From: a virus
Lineage: Duplodnaviria; Caudoviricetes
IMG/VR virus record: IMGVR_UViG_3300042291_000844
Location: 96,001-160,000 of that record
Direction: 5' to 3' (one strand)
Length of the DNA stretch: 64,000 nt
Below are positions 21,095-31,399 of the stretch, piece after piece. Below the pieces are notes generated by a model. That model was not told the origin of the DNA, did no database searches, and worked only from the letters and a program-made list of their open reading frames with translations. The first letter of the stretch is position 1, and each line of letters starts with the position of its first letter. Both the position numbers and the translations under genes were made by a program.

Positions 21095-22810
21095 CTATTT
21101 TATTTTTTTCTTAACGATATAGTTGTTAAGAACTAACGTATCCATATCACAATCTAAAAACGTATCTATTGCATCTTTAGGGGTGTTTACAATGGTCTTA
21201 TCTTTAACATTGAATGATGTATTCAAAACGATTGGATACCCATTATCTTGTTCTAATTGCATAAGCAAGGAATATACTCTACGATGTTGTTTAAAATTTA
21301 AAGTTTGTATTCTTGCAGAACCATCTATATGTGTAATAGCAGGTAGATTTTTTATATGTTCCTCTTTTACTTGAACTACCTGATTCATATAAGGAACTAA
21401 TGGTTTGTAATCAAAGTATTTTAACCTGTCTTCCTCTTTTACAATCGGAGCGAATGGTCTAAATCCTTCTCTTTTTTTAATTACCTTATTTACCCTTGCT
21501 TTCATTTGAGGGTCTCGCGGGTTAGCAAATATAGAACGATTACCGAGTGCTCTTGAACCAAATTCCATTCTACCCTCGTACCAACCGATAACGTTACCAT
21601 TTGTAATTTCTCTAGAAATAGTTTTAACAATCTGCGAATGATTCTTAAATTCATACCATACTTCATTTTCATAGTTTTTTAATTCAGTTTCAATTTCATC
21701 ATTAGTATTAAACGTACCTAAATACGGATTTGTATTTGCAACTCTAACGGCAGATTCGTTATGGGTATAATAGTAATGTAATGCACACCCAATAGCAGAA
21801 CCTGCATCAGATGGAGCAGGTGGAATCCACAATTGCTTATAACCAGTATTTTTTAGAATCTTACCATTTGCAGTTCCGTTATATGCACAGCCACCACTTA
21901 GGCACAAATTATTTGTTGCCCTAATAGCAAACATTTTATTTAATAATCTAAAAAATAGAAATTCGTATTGATGTTGAATTGTTGCTGCTAAATCTTTATG
22001 TTCTTGTGTTAATTCATCCTCTGGTAATCTATTCGGAAGTTCAAACAACTCCGCTAATTTTTCATTAAACATTGAATTGTTTGAATAATCATATGTAAAA
22101 TAATTCATATTGATTTCAAACCCACCATCTTCCGTTAATTTATATAATTGCTTAAATTTATTTAAATACGTTTCTGACTTGCCATATGGTGCTAATCCCA
22201 TTACTTTATACTCACCTTCATTTGGTTTAAATCCTAAGAAAGCGGTCATTGCAGAGTATAACATTCCTAATGAATGTGGGAATTTAATATTTTGTAATTT
22301 TGTAATATTCTTACCTTCTGCAAATGCTAAAACAGTAGTTTCCCATTCACCCACCCCATCTACTGATAATATGGTTGCCCTTTCAAATGGAGATGTATAA
22401 TAAGAATATGCTATATGTGATAGATGATGGTCACCATATGCTAAGATTATATTTGGATTTGTAATCTCATATATTTTAGATTCAATTTCTTTGGCTTGTG
22501 CTTTATTTGAATCAATAATAGATTTTCGTTTAAAGAAATTAACCAATCCACCTCGTTTAGTAGATTCTTCAATTCTCTCTAATTTTAATTTAGGGTTTTC
22601 GTAAAAGGTAACAACTGATATATCATTACCTGTTATTTTATTATCCTTATACAACCAATTAATAGCATTAGTTGGAAACGTAGCATCGTGTTTTACTCCT
22701 GTAAAACGTTCTTCCTCCATTGCACCGATAACTACTCCATCTAATATTAATGCTGCTGAGGAATCGTGATAACCACATGCTATACCTAAAATATATTTTT
22801 TATTCATCAT
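21095..22810 (-). CDS. carbamoyltransferase (NodU/CmcH/TobZ family)
   Basis: YHDSSAA, EEERF, HHLSH, DGVGE, EGEYKVMGLAPYG, GPR-like FGSRALGNRS, LNTSFN. Confidence 0.95.
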   Translation of the reverse strand: MMNKKYILGIACGYHDSSAALILDGVVIGAMEEERFTGVKHDATFPTNAINWLYKDNKITGNDISVVTFYENPKLKLERIEESTKRGGLVNFFKRKSIIDSNKAQAKEIESKIYEITNPNIILAYGDHHLSHIAYSYYTSPFERATILSVDGVGEWETTVLAFAEGKNITKLQNIKFPHSLGMLYSAMTAFLGFKPNEGEYKVMGLAPYGKSETYLNKFKQLYKLTEDGGFEINMNYFTYDYSNNSMFNEKLAELFELPNRLPEDELTQEHKDLAATIQHQYEFLFFRLLNKMFAIRATNNLCLSGGCAYNGTANGKILKNTGYKQLWIPPAPSDAGSAIGCALHYYYTHNESAVRVANTNPYLGTFNTNDEIETELKNYENEVWYEFKNHSQIVKTISREITNGNVIGWYEGRMEFGSRALGNRSIFANPRDPQMKARVNKVIKKREGFRPFAPIVKEEDRLKYFDYKPLVPYMNQVVQVKEEHIKNLPAITHIDGSARIQTLNFKQHRRVYSLLMQLEQDNGYPIVLNTSFNVKDKTIVNTPKDAIDTFLDCDMDTLVLNNYIVKKKIK

Positions 22811-23561
22811 CTATATCGTCTTCGGTTAAATCAATTTTTGAAATATCAACCCAAAATGGTTCACTTCTAACTGTGAAATCTCCGGTTTCTAAATAATCAT
22901 TTAACATTTTTTTCTGATGTTGTTTCATCACATTTACAACCTTTGTAATATAATGAGTCTTACAATCTGTCATCTCTCTTATAAGTAGATATAAATGTTT
23001 CTTATTAAAATTTTCTATAAATTCACTTCTACGGAATAATTCTAATACTGCATCTGCAATTTGTATATCTCTTTTTTTATTAAAAATAGTAGTAAGATGT
23101 TTATCCCAATACAATAACATTAGGTCTTTGAATTCTCTAAACTCACTACCTTCCTCTACTTCATAAAAATCATTCTCCGGATTCCAACTTTCTGGCATAT
23201 CGGATATCAATGCATTTTGTTTCCAACGTTTGTAGTTACCATTATTTTTTAAAATCAAATGATTCTTTGCAATAATAGTAAAATATGAAAATGCTCTTCC
23301 CTTACCTTCTTGAAACATATGCATTTTCTCTACTAATGTAGATACAACTTCAGTTTGAATATCTTTTTTAGGAACATCAAAATATGAAAATTTAAAAGTG
23401 TTAATTACATTTTCTGCTAATTTCTCAAAAGGTGCTTTAATTTTTTCTTCGTAAAGTTTACTACGTTTTACGGGGTCTTTCAATTTATTATACTCTACGA
23501 TTGCATCTTGTGCAGGTGTACCGAAATATATTTTTGATTTTGGTTTTCTTTGTTTTGCCAT
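22800..23561 (-). CDS. phage sigma factor, T4 gp55-like late sigma
   Basis: FKFSYF...K.HMF..GKGRAFSYFTIIAKN resembles gp55 region 2; acidic C-terminus. Confidence 0.65.
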   Translation of the reverse strand: MAKQRKPKSKIYFGTPAQDAIVEYNKLKDPVKRSKLYEEKIKAPFEKLAENVINTFKFSYFDVPKKDIQTEVVSTLVEKMHMFQEGKGRAFSYFTIIAKNHLILKNNGNYKRWKQNALISDMPESWNPENDFYEVEEGSEFREFKDLMLLYWDKHLTTIFNKKRDIQIADAVLELFRRSEFIENFNKKHLYLLIREMTDCKTHYITKVVNVMKQHQKKMLNDYLETGDFTVRSEPFWVDISKIDLTEDDIDDE

Positions 23562-23569
23562 TTTGGTAA

Positions 23570-23833
23570 TTATAATATTTCGTTTAGATTTTCAACAATT
23601 GTTTTTAATTCGGTAAAAGTTGCACCAACTTCATCATCAGATTCAAATGAACCGCGAGTATCGATGTTCTTTAAATTCTCTAATGCATTAGATACTTTAA
23701 ATTTAACTTCTAATGTAGTTTCTACGAGAGTGTCTTCTAATTCCTCATTTTGTCTCAGCAAATTGAATATACCGATAGTAAATGTTATATTTAACACTAC
23801 TGAAATCAGTAAAATGATGTAAATGTATGTCAT
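23570..23833 (-). CDS. small membrane-anchored coiled-coil protein
   Basis: N-terminal hydrophobic helix. Confidence 0.6.
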   Translation of the reverse strand: MTYIYIILLISVVLNITFTIGIFNLLRQNEELEDTLVETTLEVKFKVSNALENLKNIDTRGSFESDDEVGATFTELKTIVENLNEIL

Positions 23834-23842
23834 AGGTTGTTT

Positions 23843-24097
23843 TTATGCTTCTCCCATTGGTCCGTAATAGATTCCTAACTTAGAATCATCATCAGATGTT
23901 TGAGTATTTGCTTTTTTTATATTGTTTTCTAATTGTTTTACTTTTAATTGAACTTTTTCATACCATTCTTTTTCTGATAATATACCTTTATCTATTAAAA
24001 GATTTACAAGGGTATCGATTACAATACTATGATTTAAAGTGTGTTGTTCTATCTGTTGAAGAATCAATTTCTTCTGCTCCTTTTTGGTTAATTTCAT
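23843..24097 (-). CDS. hypothetical protein
   Basis: 84 aa ORF; overlaps 3' end of 24027..24317. Confidence 0.55.
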   Translation of the reverse strand: MKLTKKEQKKLILQQIEQHTLNHSIVIDTLVNLLIDKGILSEKEWYEKVQLKVKQLENNIKKANTQTSDDDSKLGIYYGPMGEA

Positions 24098-24317
24098 TTA
24101 TTAAATCTTTTATAGTAAAATTATTAGTTTCATCTAAGTTACCAAATGCTTTTTTAATTGATTCTTCATGATAACCCAATGCAGCTGCTAATCTTGCACA
24201 TATAGTTTTAAATTCAAAAATATTCAATTCATCTGGTATTGTAAATTCTATTTCGGATGCTTCTCTTGCATGTTCAATGTAATCATCATCGGTGTACTTA
24301 AATATTAGTTTGGCCAT
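24027..24317 (-). CDS. hypothetical protein
   Basis: 96 aa ORF in operon. Confidence 0.6.
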   Translation of the reverse strand: MAKLIFKYTDDDYIEHAREASEIEFTIPDELNIFEFKTICARLAAALGYHEESIKKAFGNLDETNNFTIKDLINEINQKGAEEIDSSTDRTTHFKS

Positions 24318-24327
24318 ATTGTTGTTT

Positions 24328-25323
24328 TTAGTTTCTATTTATTTTTTTTGTAATATCTCTTGTATAATTGTTATCGTGAAAAAATTCATCAAATAGTGAA
24401 TCATTTTTTATATACCCATCCTTACACATTAAATCAAACATATAATCTGGTAATGTCTTAGAAATCCAATCATTTGATACATCATTAGAATCAAACATAT
24501 CTAACACAAATTTTTTAATTCCATTTACTATTTCAATTTTTTTATCAAAATAAATTTGATTCTCACTTGGGTCTTCATTTATAAACTCACCATTAATAAT
24601 ATCAATATAGGTGCCAACTTTATCAGTTAATACTGATTCTAAAAATATTATATTATCTTTTAATTTATGAGTTTCAAAATCATAAAATCCTTTAACATCT
24701 TCTAATAAGGGATTTCCTTTATAAGTAATATACCTACCTTTAAATTTTAATCCATATGCTTTTTCTATATTGTATTGTGTTGTTCCTTGATAACCAGTAT
24801 CAACCATCAATACATTTTTAGAATCTCCAATAACTTCCGTTATATATTTTTTATACTCATCTCGTGTTATTTTAGATTTTTGTATTATTTCTTTTAAATA
24901 CAAATCTAAATTTGGTAATGTCTCATTACTATCTACTATTACATCGTTTTCAATAATTGGACTTATGCCAAATCTACGTTTTAATAAATTAGATAGTTTT
25001 CCATTATATCGATGTAAATCAAAAGTTCTAAATATATCAGTAGTATTAAAAATTGAAACTATTGTTGATAATGTACGAGATGTTTTAAAATATACTGATT
25101 GTGGTAAATTATATTTCTCTCTAAATAATTCGTAGATTTCTTGTAAAAATAATCCTTCTCTTGAATTAAAAAGAATTTTGTCAGAATCACCTATTTCGGT
25201 TTTTAACCAATCAAAATAATTGAATAACAATGGGCCGTAGTAAATGTATCCTAAATCTTCTAATGAGGTTATACTTATCCAATCTCCTCTATCTAATAAT
25301 AATTTAGTTTGATGGCTTATCAT
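24328..25323 (-). CDS. HAD-associated domain protein of the type found in polysaccharide biosynthesis loci
   Basis: YYGPLL..YF.WL, LFNSREG.FL, SR, VDTGYQGTTQ motifs. Confidence 0.55.
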   Translation of the reverse strand: MISHQTKLLLDRGDWISITSLEDLGYIYYGPLLFNYFDWLKTEIGDSDKILFNSREGLFLQEIYELFREKYNLPQSVYFKTSRTLSTIVSIFNTTDIFRTFDLHRYNGKLSNLLKRRFGISPIIENDVIVDSNETLPNLDLYLKEIIQKSKITRDEYKKYITEVIGDSKNVLMVDTGYQGTTQYNIEKAYGLKFKGRYITYKGNPLLEDVKGFYDFETHKLKDNIIFLESVLTDKVGTYIDIINGEFINEDPSENQIYFDKKIEIVNGIKKFVLDMFDSNDVSNDWISKTLPDYMFDLMCKDGYIKNDSLFDEFFHDNNYTRDITKKINRN

Positions 25324-25760
25324 TGTATTCCTATTACTTTAAATGATGGTATACCTAATTCAACCCACATATCTATTATTCGCTCATCATCATCATACGC
25401 ACAAAAAACGTTTTCTTTAATTTCAGTTTCATATATTTTTCTTTTAAAATCAGGTGCTTTTAAAAAATTATTTTCCCAACTTCTCATATATAATTTATCA
25501 TATGATATATCGTACTTTTGTAACCACTCTTTAGTAACCTTTCTAGTGGATTCAGGTCGACCTGTTAATATAATAACTTCAACCCCATTTTCTTTATAGT
25601 TCTTTGCCAATTCAATCATTGGTAAATTAGGTTCATCCATTATCATAGTTTTAGATGAATGGACAATATCCCAATCTAATTTTCCGTTTTCTTTCTTTGC
25701 TAATTCAAATCGTTTATTACTTAAAGACAAAGTATTATCTATATCAATTATTACTATCAT
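25320..25760 (-). CDS. HAD phosphatase, T4 PNK 3'-phosphatase-like
   Basis: DIDNTL (motif I), LTGRP, LYMR, YDDD. Confidence 0.8.
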   Translation of the reverse strand: MIVIIDIDNTLSLSNKRFELAKKENGKLDWDIVHSSKTMIMDEPNLPMIELAKNYKENGVEVIILTGRPESTRKVTKEWLQKYDISYDKLYMRSWENNFLKAPDFKRKIYETEIKENVFCAYDDDERIIDMWVELGIPSFKVIGIQ

Positions 25761-26956
25761 AATTCTCTTAAACCTTGTTTTTCATAACTTACAGGTACTT
25801 TGATTCCGGTATTACATCCATTACAATTATCACAAAATGTAATATATCCTAAATCGGTATAACCTAAATCAAATTTAATTAACTCTTCATTTGATATTTC
25901 ATTTAAAGTAACAAAATCATTATCACTTAAAGGGAATAAGTTTGTTCTTACTGCTGAGGTATTAAGATGACAATAATAAAACTTACCATCATTCAATCCT
26001 CTAAATGGTGCAGTACAACTATCAAAGTGTTTAATTAGTTTATCTATTTCTAAATTCTTTTTAACTCTTAAATCTCCAAAATCATACCATTCTATTTCAT
26101 TTCTAACATAATGTTTAATGTCATAATTTTTATATTCCTCAATAGTACGCATAACTTTATTTTTAAGTTTAGGTAATTTATCTGAATAATTACTTATACT
26201 TAAAATAACATCACTATCTTTTAATAATTCTAGAGTACTTTCTTTTGGAATAACTGTACCATTAGTAGTGATTATAAATTTATCTAATTTATCTATATGA
26301 TTTAATAAAATATGTTGGATTATATTTTCAATATCTGGATGTAGGAATGGTTCTCCGCCAACTAAATGAAACACACTTACAAAATCTACAACTTTAAAAT
26401 ATGAATCTATATCAGTTATAATAGTTGATAAATTTCTATGATTTGGGTTATCATAATGTGGTATAAACATATTACAATGTGAACACGCTAAGTTACATCT
26501 TTCAGTTACCAATACATCCGTTTGAAATATATGAACTAAATTCTTATGCATTAACGGCCAAATTCCTGCTATGTGTTTGTATGTAGTATGGGTTACATTA
26601 CATTCATCCAAATACTTTGTATATCGTTGTCTATATTCATCCGTTGTAATAATAACCTTTTCATCGCCTTTAAATTCATCAATATGAATTAATTTTATAT
26701 TCCTTCTATCACTTTTATAATATTTGGCTTCTCGATAATAAGAACTTATTTCATTTAAATTATTTATAATCGTACTATTTTTTACATCGTGGTCAACAAT
26801 ATATTTTATTTTTAATGCACCACTCCCAAACAAAAAATCTATACTTCTAATAAATTGGACACACTCTTTACTTGCACCAAATAAAACATATTCAGTTTCG
26901 ATATCCCAATTAGATATAAATTGTTTAAAATTATGTAATTCTGGATTATAAATCAT
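25757..26956 (-). CDS. radical SAM protein with N-terminal Rossmann-like region
   Basis: CNLACSHC; GGEPFLHP; TNG; C-terminal CxxC.C. Confidence 0.9.
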   Translation of the reverse strand: MIYNPELHNFKQFISNWDIETEYVLFGASKECVQFIRSIDFLFGSGALKIKYIVDHDVKNSTIINNLNEISSYYREAKYYKSDRRNIKLIHIDEFKGDEKVIITTDEYRQRYTKYLDECNVTHTTYKHIAGIWPLMHKNLVHIFQTDVLVTERCNLACSHCNMFIPHYDNPNHRNLSTIITDIDSYFKVVDFVSVFHLVGGEPFLHPDIENIIQHILLNHIDKLDKFIITTNGTVIPKESTLELLKDSDVILSISNYSDKLPKLKNKVMRTIEEYKNYDIKHYVRNEIEWYDFGDLRVKKNLEIDKLIKHFDSCTAPFRGLNDGKFYYCHLNTSAVRTNLFPLSDNDFVTLNEISNEELIKFDLGYTDLGYITFCDNCNGCNTGIKVPVSYEKQGLREL

Positions 26957-26963
26957 AATTTAC

Positions 26964-27581
26964 TTATAGGATTTTTCCTCCTTGTTCAATTAAACTTTGT
27001 GCTTTTTTATACTTTACAAATTCAGTAGTACCATCTTTTAATTGTACCATCACCATCTCATTTCTACCATAAGTTTTTGGTGCAATATAAGTTGTTGAAT
27101 ATCTACGATTTGGATTTGTAATTAGAATTCCATTTAGGTGGTCAATTTCATGTTGTGCAACAACACATTCCATTAATCCTAAATCATTAAAAAATTCTTC
27201 GGAATCTTTCCAATCACCTAATTCATTATCAGGAGAAAATACAACCGTCCCTAAATTATCACATTCGACTGTAATCTTCTTTGCACGGATTGTTTTAACA
27301 GGACTCTTCATTGTTTTATCAATTGACAAACATTGTTCTACATACGCAACTGAATCCTGTGAGTATTCTACAATTTTTGGGTTGATTAATACTAATGGGT
27401 CTTTTACATTAATTATACATGCTCTAACATCTAATCCTAATTGATTAGCGGATAAACCAATACCACCGAACTTAACTAATCCACTTGCTAATATAGTGGA
27501 AATTGATTCAATATCGGCAGGTGTGAATTTTGTTTCACTAATTGGTTTTGATAATTTTAATTTGTCTTTTACTATGTTCAT
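26964..27581 (-). CDS. def: peptide deformylase
   Basis: GIGLSANQ, EQCLS, QHEIDHLNG. Confidence 0.95.
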   Translation of the reverse strand: MNIVKDKLKLSKPISETKFTPADIESISTILASGLVKFGGIGLSANQLGLDVRACIINVKDPLVLINPKIVEYSQDSVAYVEQCLSIDKTMKSPVKTIRAKKITVECDNLGTVVFSPDNELGDWKDSEEFFNDLGLMECVVAQHEIDHLNGILITNPNRRYSTTYIAPKTYGRNEMVMVQLKDGTTEFVKYKKAQSLIEQGGKIL

Positions 27582-27586
27582 TTTAA

Positions 27587-27802
27587 TTATTTTCTTAATG
27601 GATGATATGGATTTATATAATTTGGTTTAAAATATTCATCAGTATATTCTAACTCATCTGGAAATATGGATAATTGTTTACCATATTCATTTTTAGGTTC
27701 TACTAATTTGTTTGCTAACTTTCTAACTTTCTCACCCAATTCATAATTATTTGGTGTTTCGTTTATTAATGAAAGTGGAATTTCAATCGTTAATTTATTC
27801 AT
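27587..27802 (-). CDS. hypothetical protein
   Basis: 71 aa ORF downstream of a host-type promoter. Confidence 0.6.
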   Translation of the reverse strand: MNKLTIEIPLSLINETPNNYELGEKVRKLANKLVEPKNEYGKQLSIFPDELEYTDEYFKPNYINPYHPLRK

Positions 27803-27828
27803 ACTATTTATTTTAAAATATTATCTTA

Positions 27829-27860
27829 CAAAGATACAACATTTTTTTGATAAAACCAAA
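27829..27860 (-). promoter_or_regulatory. Bacteroidota housekeeping-sigma promoter
   Basis: TTTG-N20-TATCTTTG. Confidence 0.85.
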
Positions 27861-27869
27861 TAATTTTCA

Positions 27870-28115
27870 TTATTTGAATTTAGATAATGTTTTTTCGTTA
27901 CTTTTTGTCTTTGCTTTCTTTGCTTCTTTGGTTTGGGTCTGTATTAATTTCATTCGTTGTGTCCACGCAGGTTTGTATTTAAATTCAACTGATATTGGAC
28001 CATTAGCAAATTTAGTTTTATCATATTTCCAAATAGAAATACATTCATCATCTTCATAGACGTGTTCAAATTTTAATGGTTTATCTTTTACGGATGGTTC
28101 TGGTTTCTTTGCCAT
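27870..28115 (-). CDS. hypothetical protein
   Basis: 81 aa ORF in operon. Confidence 0.6.
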   Translation of the reverse strand: MAKKPEPSVKDKPLKFEHVYEDDECISIWKYDKTKFANGPISVEFKYKPAWTQRMKLIQTQTKEAKKAKTKSNEKTLSKFK

Positions 28116-28124
28116 ATAATAAAT

Positions 28125-29300
28125 TTAAAATGAAAAAAATTGATTTACCTTTTCGGTATCTACTCTATTCCCTAATCGTAGTTCACCAATAGGTTTTAAT
28201 AATTCTTCATACCCAACAATACTCTCACCTGTATACTCATGACAATATGATGCTCTTTGTTTTATTGTTTTATATACATCTGAATGGTCATTGTTATTAA
28301 TTCTAACCTTTCCATTGAATAAGGTTGGTTTCCAATTATCAGTATGATGATTTCTATAAATTCCTAATGCAGGATTGATAGTTTTGGTATAAAATTTACC
28401 ACCAATACTTTTTAATATACCACCACAAAATTCTGATATTTTACTTCCAATACCCATACCTTGATAATCTGGGTGTACTACGATTCTACTTTCTCTAAAC
28501 ACTTTAAATCCACCATTCTTTCCTAAGTGTCTACCTATAACGTTTATCCCAATAGGTTTATTGTTCCACTCAAACAAAAGAAATATATAAGTGCGATTTA
28601 CACTCTCCGTTAGATAATGATGTTTTTTGAAGAAGTCAAAAGTTTGAGGTTCGACCCTACTAACTTGTAAAGAGATTTCAGGTCTTCCGAGCCGAAGATA
28701 GTCAGGCCTTTCGAGCCCGCCTCCTTTTAATGGGGTATAAATCCAATCCGGCATTATCCATTCCATAATATCAAAATGACAAGATGCTAGTATAACCTTT
28801 TTCTTTTCTCTACGAATATATTTTTGTAATGCTAAACTCATTGCCTTAGCAACATCTCTATCCACTACTGATGTATATTCATCTACTAAAATAGTTTCAC
28901 CCTCTTTTGATGATGCAACTAAATACGCAAGATACGCACGATATTGTTCTCCGTTACTTAATAAACGAAAAGGTCTTAACCATGTCGGAACTGATGATAA
29001 TCCAATTGATGTTAGGACTCTACTTGCCTCCTCTGGTTCTAACCAATCAAAATTTGAAATAAGGGGTTTATCTACATCAAACTCAATAGTTTTAATACCA
29101 CCTAATTCTTTTAAGATTGTGGATTTACCACTGCCACTTCCGCCATATATCACACCTATATTCCATTCAAACGAATTAAGACCATCGATATCCATTGGTA
29201 TGGTTACGCTGGTCTCTTCTCTATTTTGAATATCAAACGCATCATACACATATTCGGTGTACTTATCATTTTGTATTTTTGATGTAAGTGTAATATTCAT
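28125..29300 (-). CDS. ABC-type ATPase fused to GNAT acetyltransferase
   Basis: GGSGSGKST, LSNGEQ.R, LVDEYTS; C-terminal SRIVVHPDYQGMGIG. Confidence 0.85.
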   Translation of the reverse strand: MNITLTSKIQNDKYTEYVYDAFDIQNREETSVTIPMDIDGLNSFEWNIGVIYGGSGSGKSTILKELGGIKTIEFDVDKPLISNFDWLEPEEASRVLTSIGLSSVPTWLRPFRLLSNGEQYRAYLAYLVASSKEGETILVDEYTSVVDRDVAKAMSLALQKYIRREKKKVILASCHFDIMEWIMPDWIYTPLKGGGLERPDYLRLGRPEISLQVSRVEPQTFDFFKKHHYLTESVNRTYIFLLFEWNNKPIGINVIGRHLGKNGGFKVFRESRIVVHPDYQGMGIGSKISEFCGGILKSIGGKFYTKTINPALGIYRNHHTDNWKPTLFNGKVRINNNDHSDVYKTIKQRASYCHEYTGESIVGYEELLKPIGELRLGNRVDTEKVNQFFSF

Positions 29301-29301
29301 A

Positions 29302-29628
29302 TTAAATAAATTTATTTATCAATCCCAATAGTATGTACGATAGTTTATATCCTACAAATGCACCTATTGCTGATGGAAATGGAAATATTATTAGTTTTCC
29401 AAAATCAGTTACATATTTAGGTCTATTTACAATTCTACCCATAAAGGTATAATACGTTATGTACCCTATTAGTACTGCAATATCTGCTCGAGTTGCAATG
29501 AATACAACTAACATTGCACCTAAAAATCCAAAAATGAAATTATCTCTTACACCTTCCCATATTTCTTGTGTAGTACAATCTTTCCATTCTTTAATTATCT
29601 TATCTATTTTAGCTCTTTGCTTTCCCAT
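29302..29628 (-). CDS. small membrane protein
   Basis: Three hydrophobic segments. Confidence 0.6.
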   Translation of the reverse strand: MGKQRAKIDKIIKEWKDCTTQEIWEGVRDNFIFGFLGAMLVVFIATRADIAVLIGYITYYTFMGRIVNRPKYVTDFGKLIIFPFPSAIGAFVGYKLSYILLGLINKFI

Positions 29629-29633
29629 TCTAT

Positions 29634-30755
29634 TTAATTACTTAGGGGTGCTTTAATTTTTGGATGTGATTCATATCCTATTAATTCAAAACAATCAGGT
29701 CTATAACTTTTAAGTTTTTCATCTAAAGTTTTTTCACCCAATCTTTCTTTAACCAACTGATGTTGATACCAATTCCTTTCCGTTATTTGAATTTTCGGTA
29801 AGTTATACGGGGTTCTACTGATTTGTTCTTTTGCCTGTTCAATATGGTTTTTATATAAATGAACATCTCCTAAGTTTCCAATCAATTCATCTGGCACCAT
29901 ATTAACTTCCTTTGCAATAATCTCCAATAGTAATCCATAAGAAGCAATATTAAATGGTAATCCTAAAAATGTATCAACACTTCTTTGATTCCACATTAAA
30001 GATATAGACCTCTTTGGGGTTGGTGTATAATATGAATTATCAAAATCAGGTAGTTTGTTCGGGTCAAAGAATCTTTCCATACCTGTTTCATAATTGTTAT
30101 TGAACCAAATATTATATCGTCTCTCATCACTCAATTCACTTGTATAAACTTGGAATCCATAATGACAAGGTGGTAGTACCATTTGGTCTAACTCACCCAC
30201 ATTCCAAGCAGATACCATCAATCTTCTACTATCAGGATTTGTTTTGAGTTCGTTGATTAGGTTTTGGATTTGGTCAATCGTTTCGGATTGGAGATAAAAT
30301 CCATCAGTTCCATCCGTATTTCCTTCTACCCAAGTATCACCTTTCCAACTTCTCCATTGTTTTCCATAGATTGGTCCTAAATCTCCCCATTGTTTAGCAA
30401 ACTCATTATTGGTTTTGACCTCTTTGATAAATTCTTCTTTTGTAAGTTGTCCTCCTACATCCATTGATGTTTTGGCTGCATAATTTTTATATGCATCACC
30501 ATCCCAAATATGACAATCGTAATCCAATAAGAACTTGATGTTAGTATCACCTCTTAAAAACCATAGGAGTTCGGTTACGATAGAGTTCCAATGCATCTTC
30601 TTTGTAGTAAGTAAAGGAAATCCTTCACTCATCTTATGACGTATCTGATGACCAAATTCTGATATAGTACCAGTTCCGGTTCTATCTTTTTTCTCTACAC
30701 CAAACGCAATGATATCACTAAGTAATTGTTGATACTTTTTATCTAATGTATTCAT
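29634..30755 (-). CDS. thyA: thymidylate synthase
   Basis: DRTGTGT, ELLWFL.G.TN, LPPCH, QRSVD.FLG.PFN. Confidence 0.98.
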   Translation of the reverse strand: MNTLDKKYQQLLSDIIAFGVEKKDRTGTGTISEFGHQIRHKMSEGFPLLTTKKMHWNSIVTELLWFLRGDTNIKFLLDYDCHIWDGDAYKNYAAKTSMDVGGQLTKEEFIKEVKTNNEFAKQWGDLGPIYGKQWRSWKGDTWVEGNTDGTDGFYLQSETIDQIQNLINELKTNPDSRRLMVSAWNVGELDQMVLPPCHYGFQVYTSELSDERRYNIWFNNNYETGMERFFDPNKLPDFDNSYYTPTPKRSISLMWNQRSVDTFLGLPFNIASYGLLLEIIAKEVNMVPDELIGNLGDVHLYKNHIEQAKEQISRTPYNLPKIQITERNWYQHQLVKERLGEKTLDEKLKSYRPDCFELIGYESHPKIKAPLSN

Positions 30756-31027
30756 TAAGCAATTGCTTTTACTTTTGTAAAATTAAAACTTCTCCAACCT
30801 GTTTTTTCTACATCCCAAACTGTAATTAAATCTGATTCAACTACGTTTCCATTTTCATCTAACTTAACAACCTTATCAGTTTTAGGATGAAACTCTTGTG
30901 GGATTTTACTAATTAGTTTTGTACATAACATCGTCCTATCAGTACCATCTGCTTTTGTAAAGGTTACCGATACTACTTCCGTTTGTAATTTTTCTACTAA
31001 TTCATGTTTTGTAATAATTAATTCCAT
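30755..31027 (-). CDS. WYL-like SH3 beta-barrel protein (DUF2693-like)
   Basis: VTFTKADGT.RTM.CT...VWDVEK.GWRSF. Confidence 0.8.
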   Translation of the reverse strand: MELIITKHELVEKLQTEVVSVTFTKADGTDRTMLCTKLISKIPQEFHPKTDKVVKLDENGNVVESDLITVWDVEKTGWRSFNFTKVKAIA

Positions 31028-31398
31028 TTTTCCTTTATTTTTATTGTTTTTAAATCGTTTCGTTGTTTAAATTCTCTTTCGGTTTCTCTATCATAGCGTT
31101 CTTTGAATTGTGAAATTCTAACAAACTCTTCGTATGCTTCTCTATGATAATGTTTGATATGTTCTATTCCTAGTTCATATCTGAATATGGTTTCTTCATA
31201 TCTTAATTCTTTATAATCGAACCCATCTCCTTGAACTTTTATTTCAAGTTGTAATGAATCAATTGTACGTTGTAATGAATCTATATTATTATAACTAATT
31301 GTAGTAATTTGCTTTTCCGATGAATTTCTACTCAATCCATATGCAATTATTATAATTATTATTACTAATATTATAGCTAATATATTTGTAGTTCTCAT
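31018..31398 (-). CDS. membrane-anchored hypothetical protein
   Basis: N-terminal TM helix then coiled coil. Confidence 0.6.
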   Translation of the reverse strand: MRTTNILAIILVIIIIIIAYGLSRNSSEKQITTISYNNIDSLQRTIDSLQLEIKVQGDGFDYKELRYEETIFRYELGIEHIKHYHREAYEEFVRISQFKERYDRETEREFKQRNDLKTIKIKEKWN

Positions 31399-31399
31399 A

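Noticed and set aside
29634-30755. Intron or intein in thyA
   Set aside because: Frame is continuous; extra segments are short loop insertions
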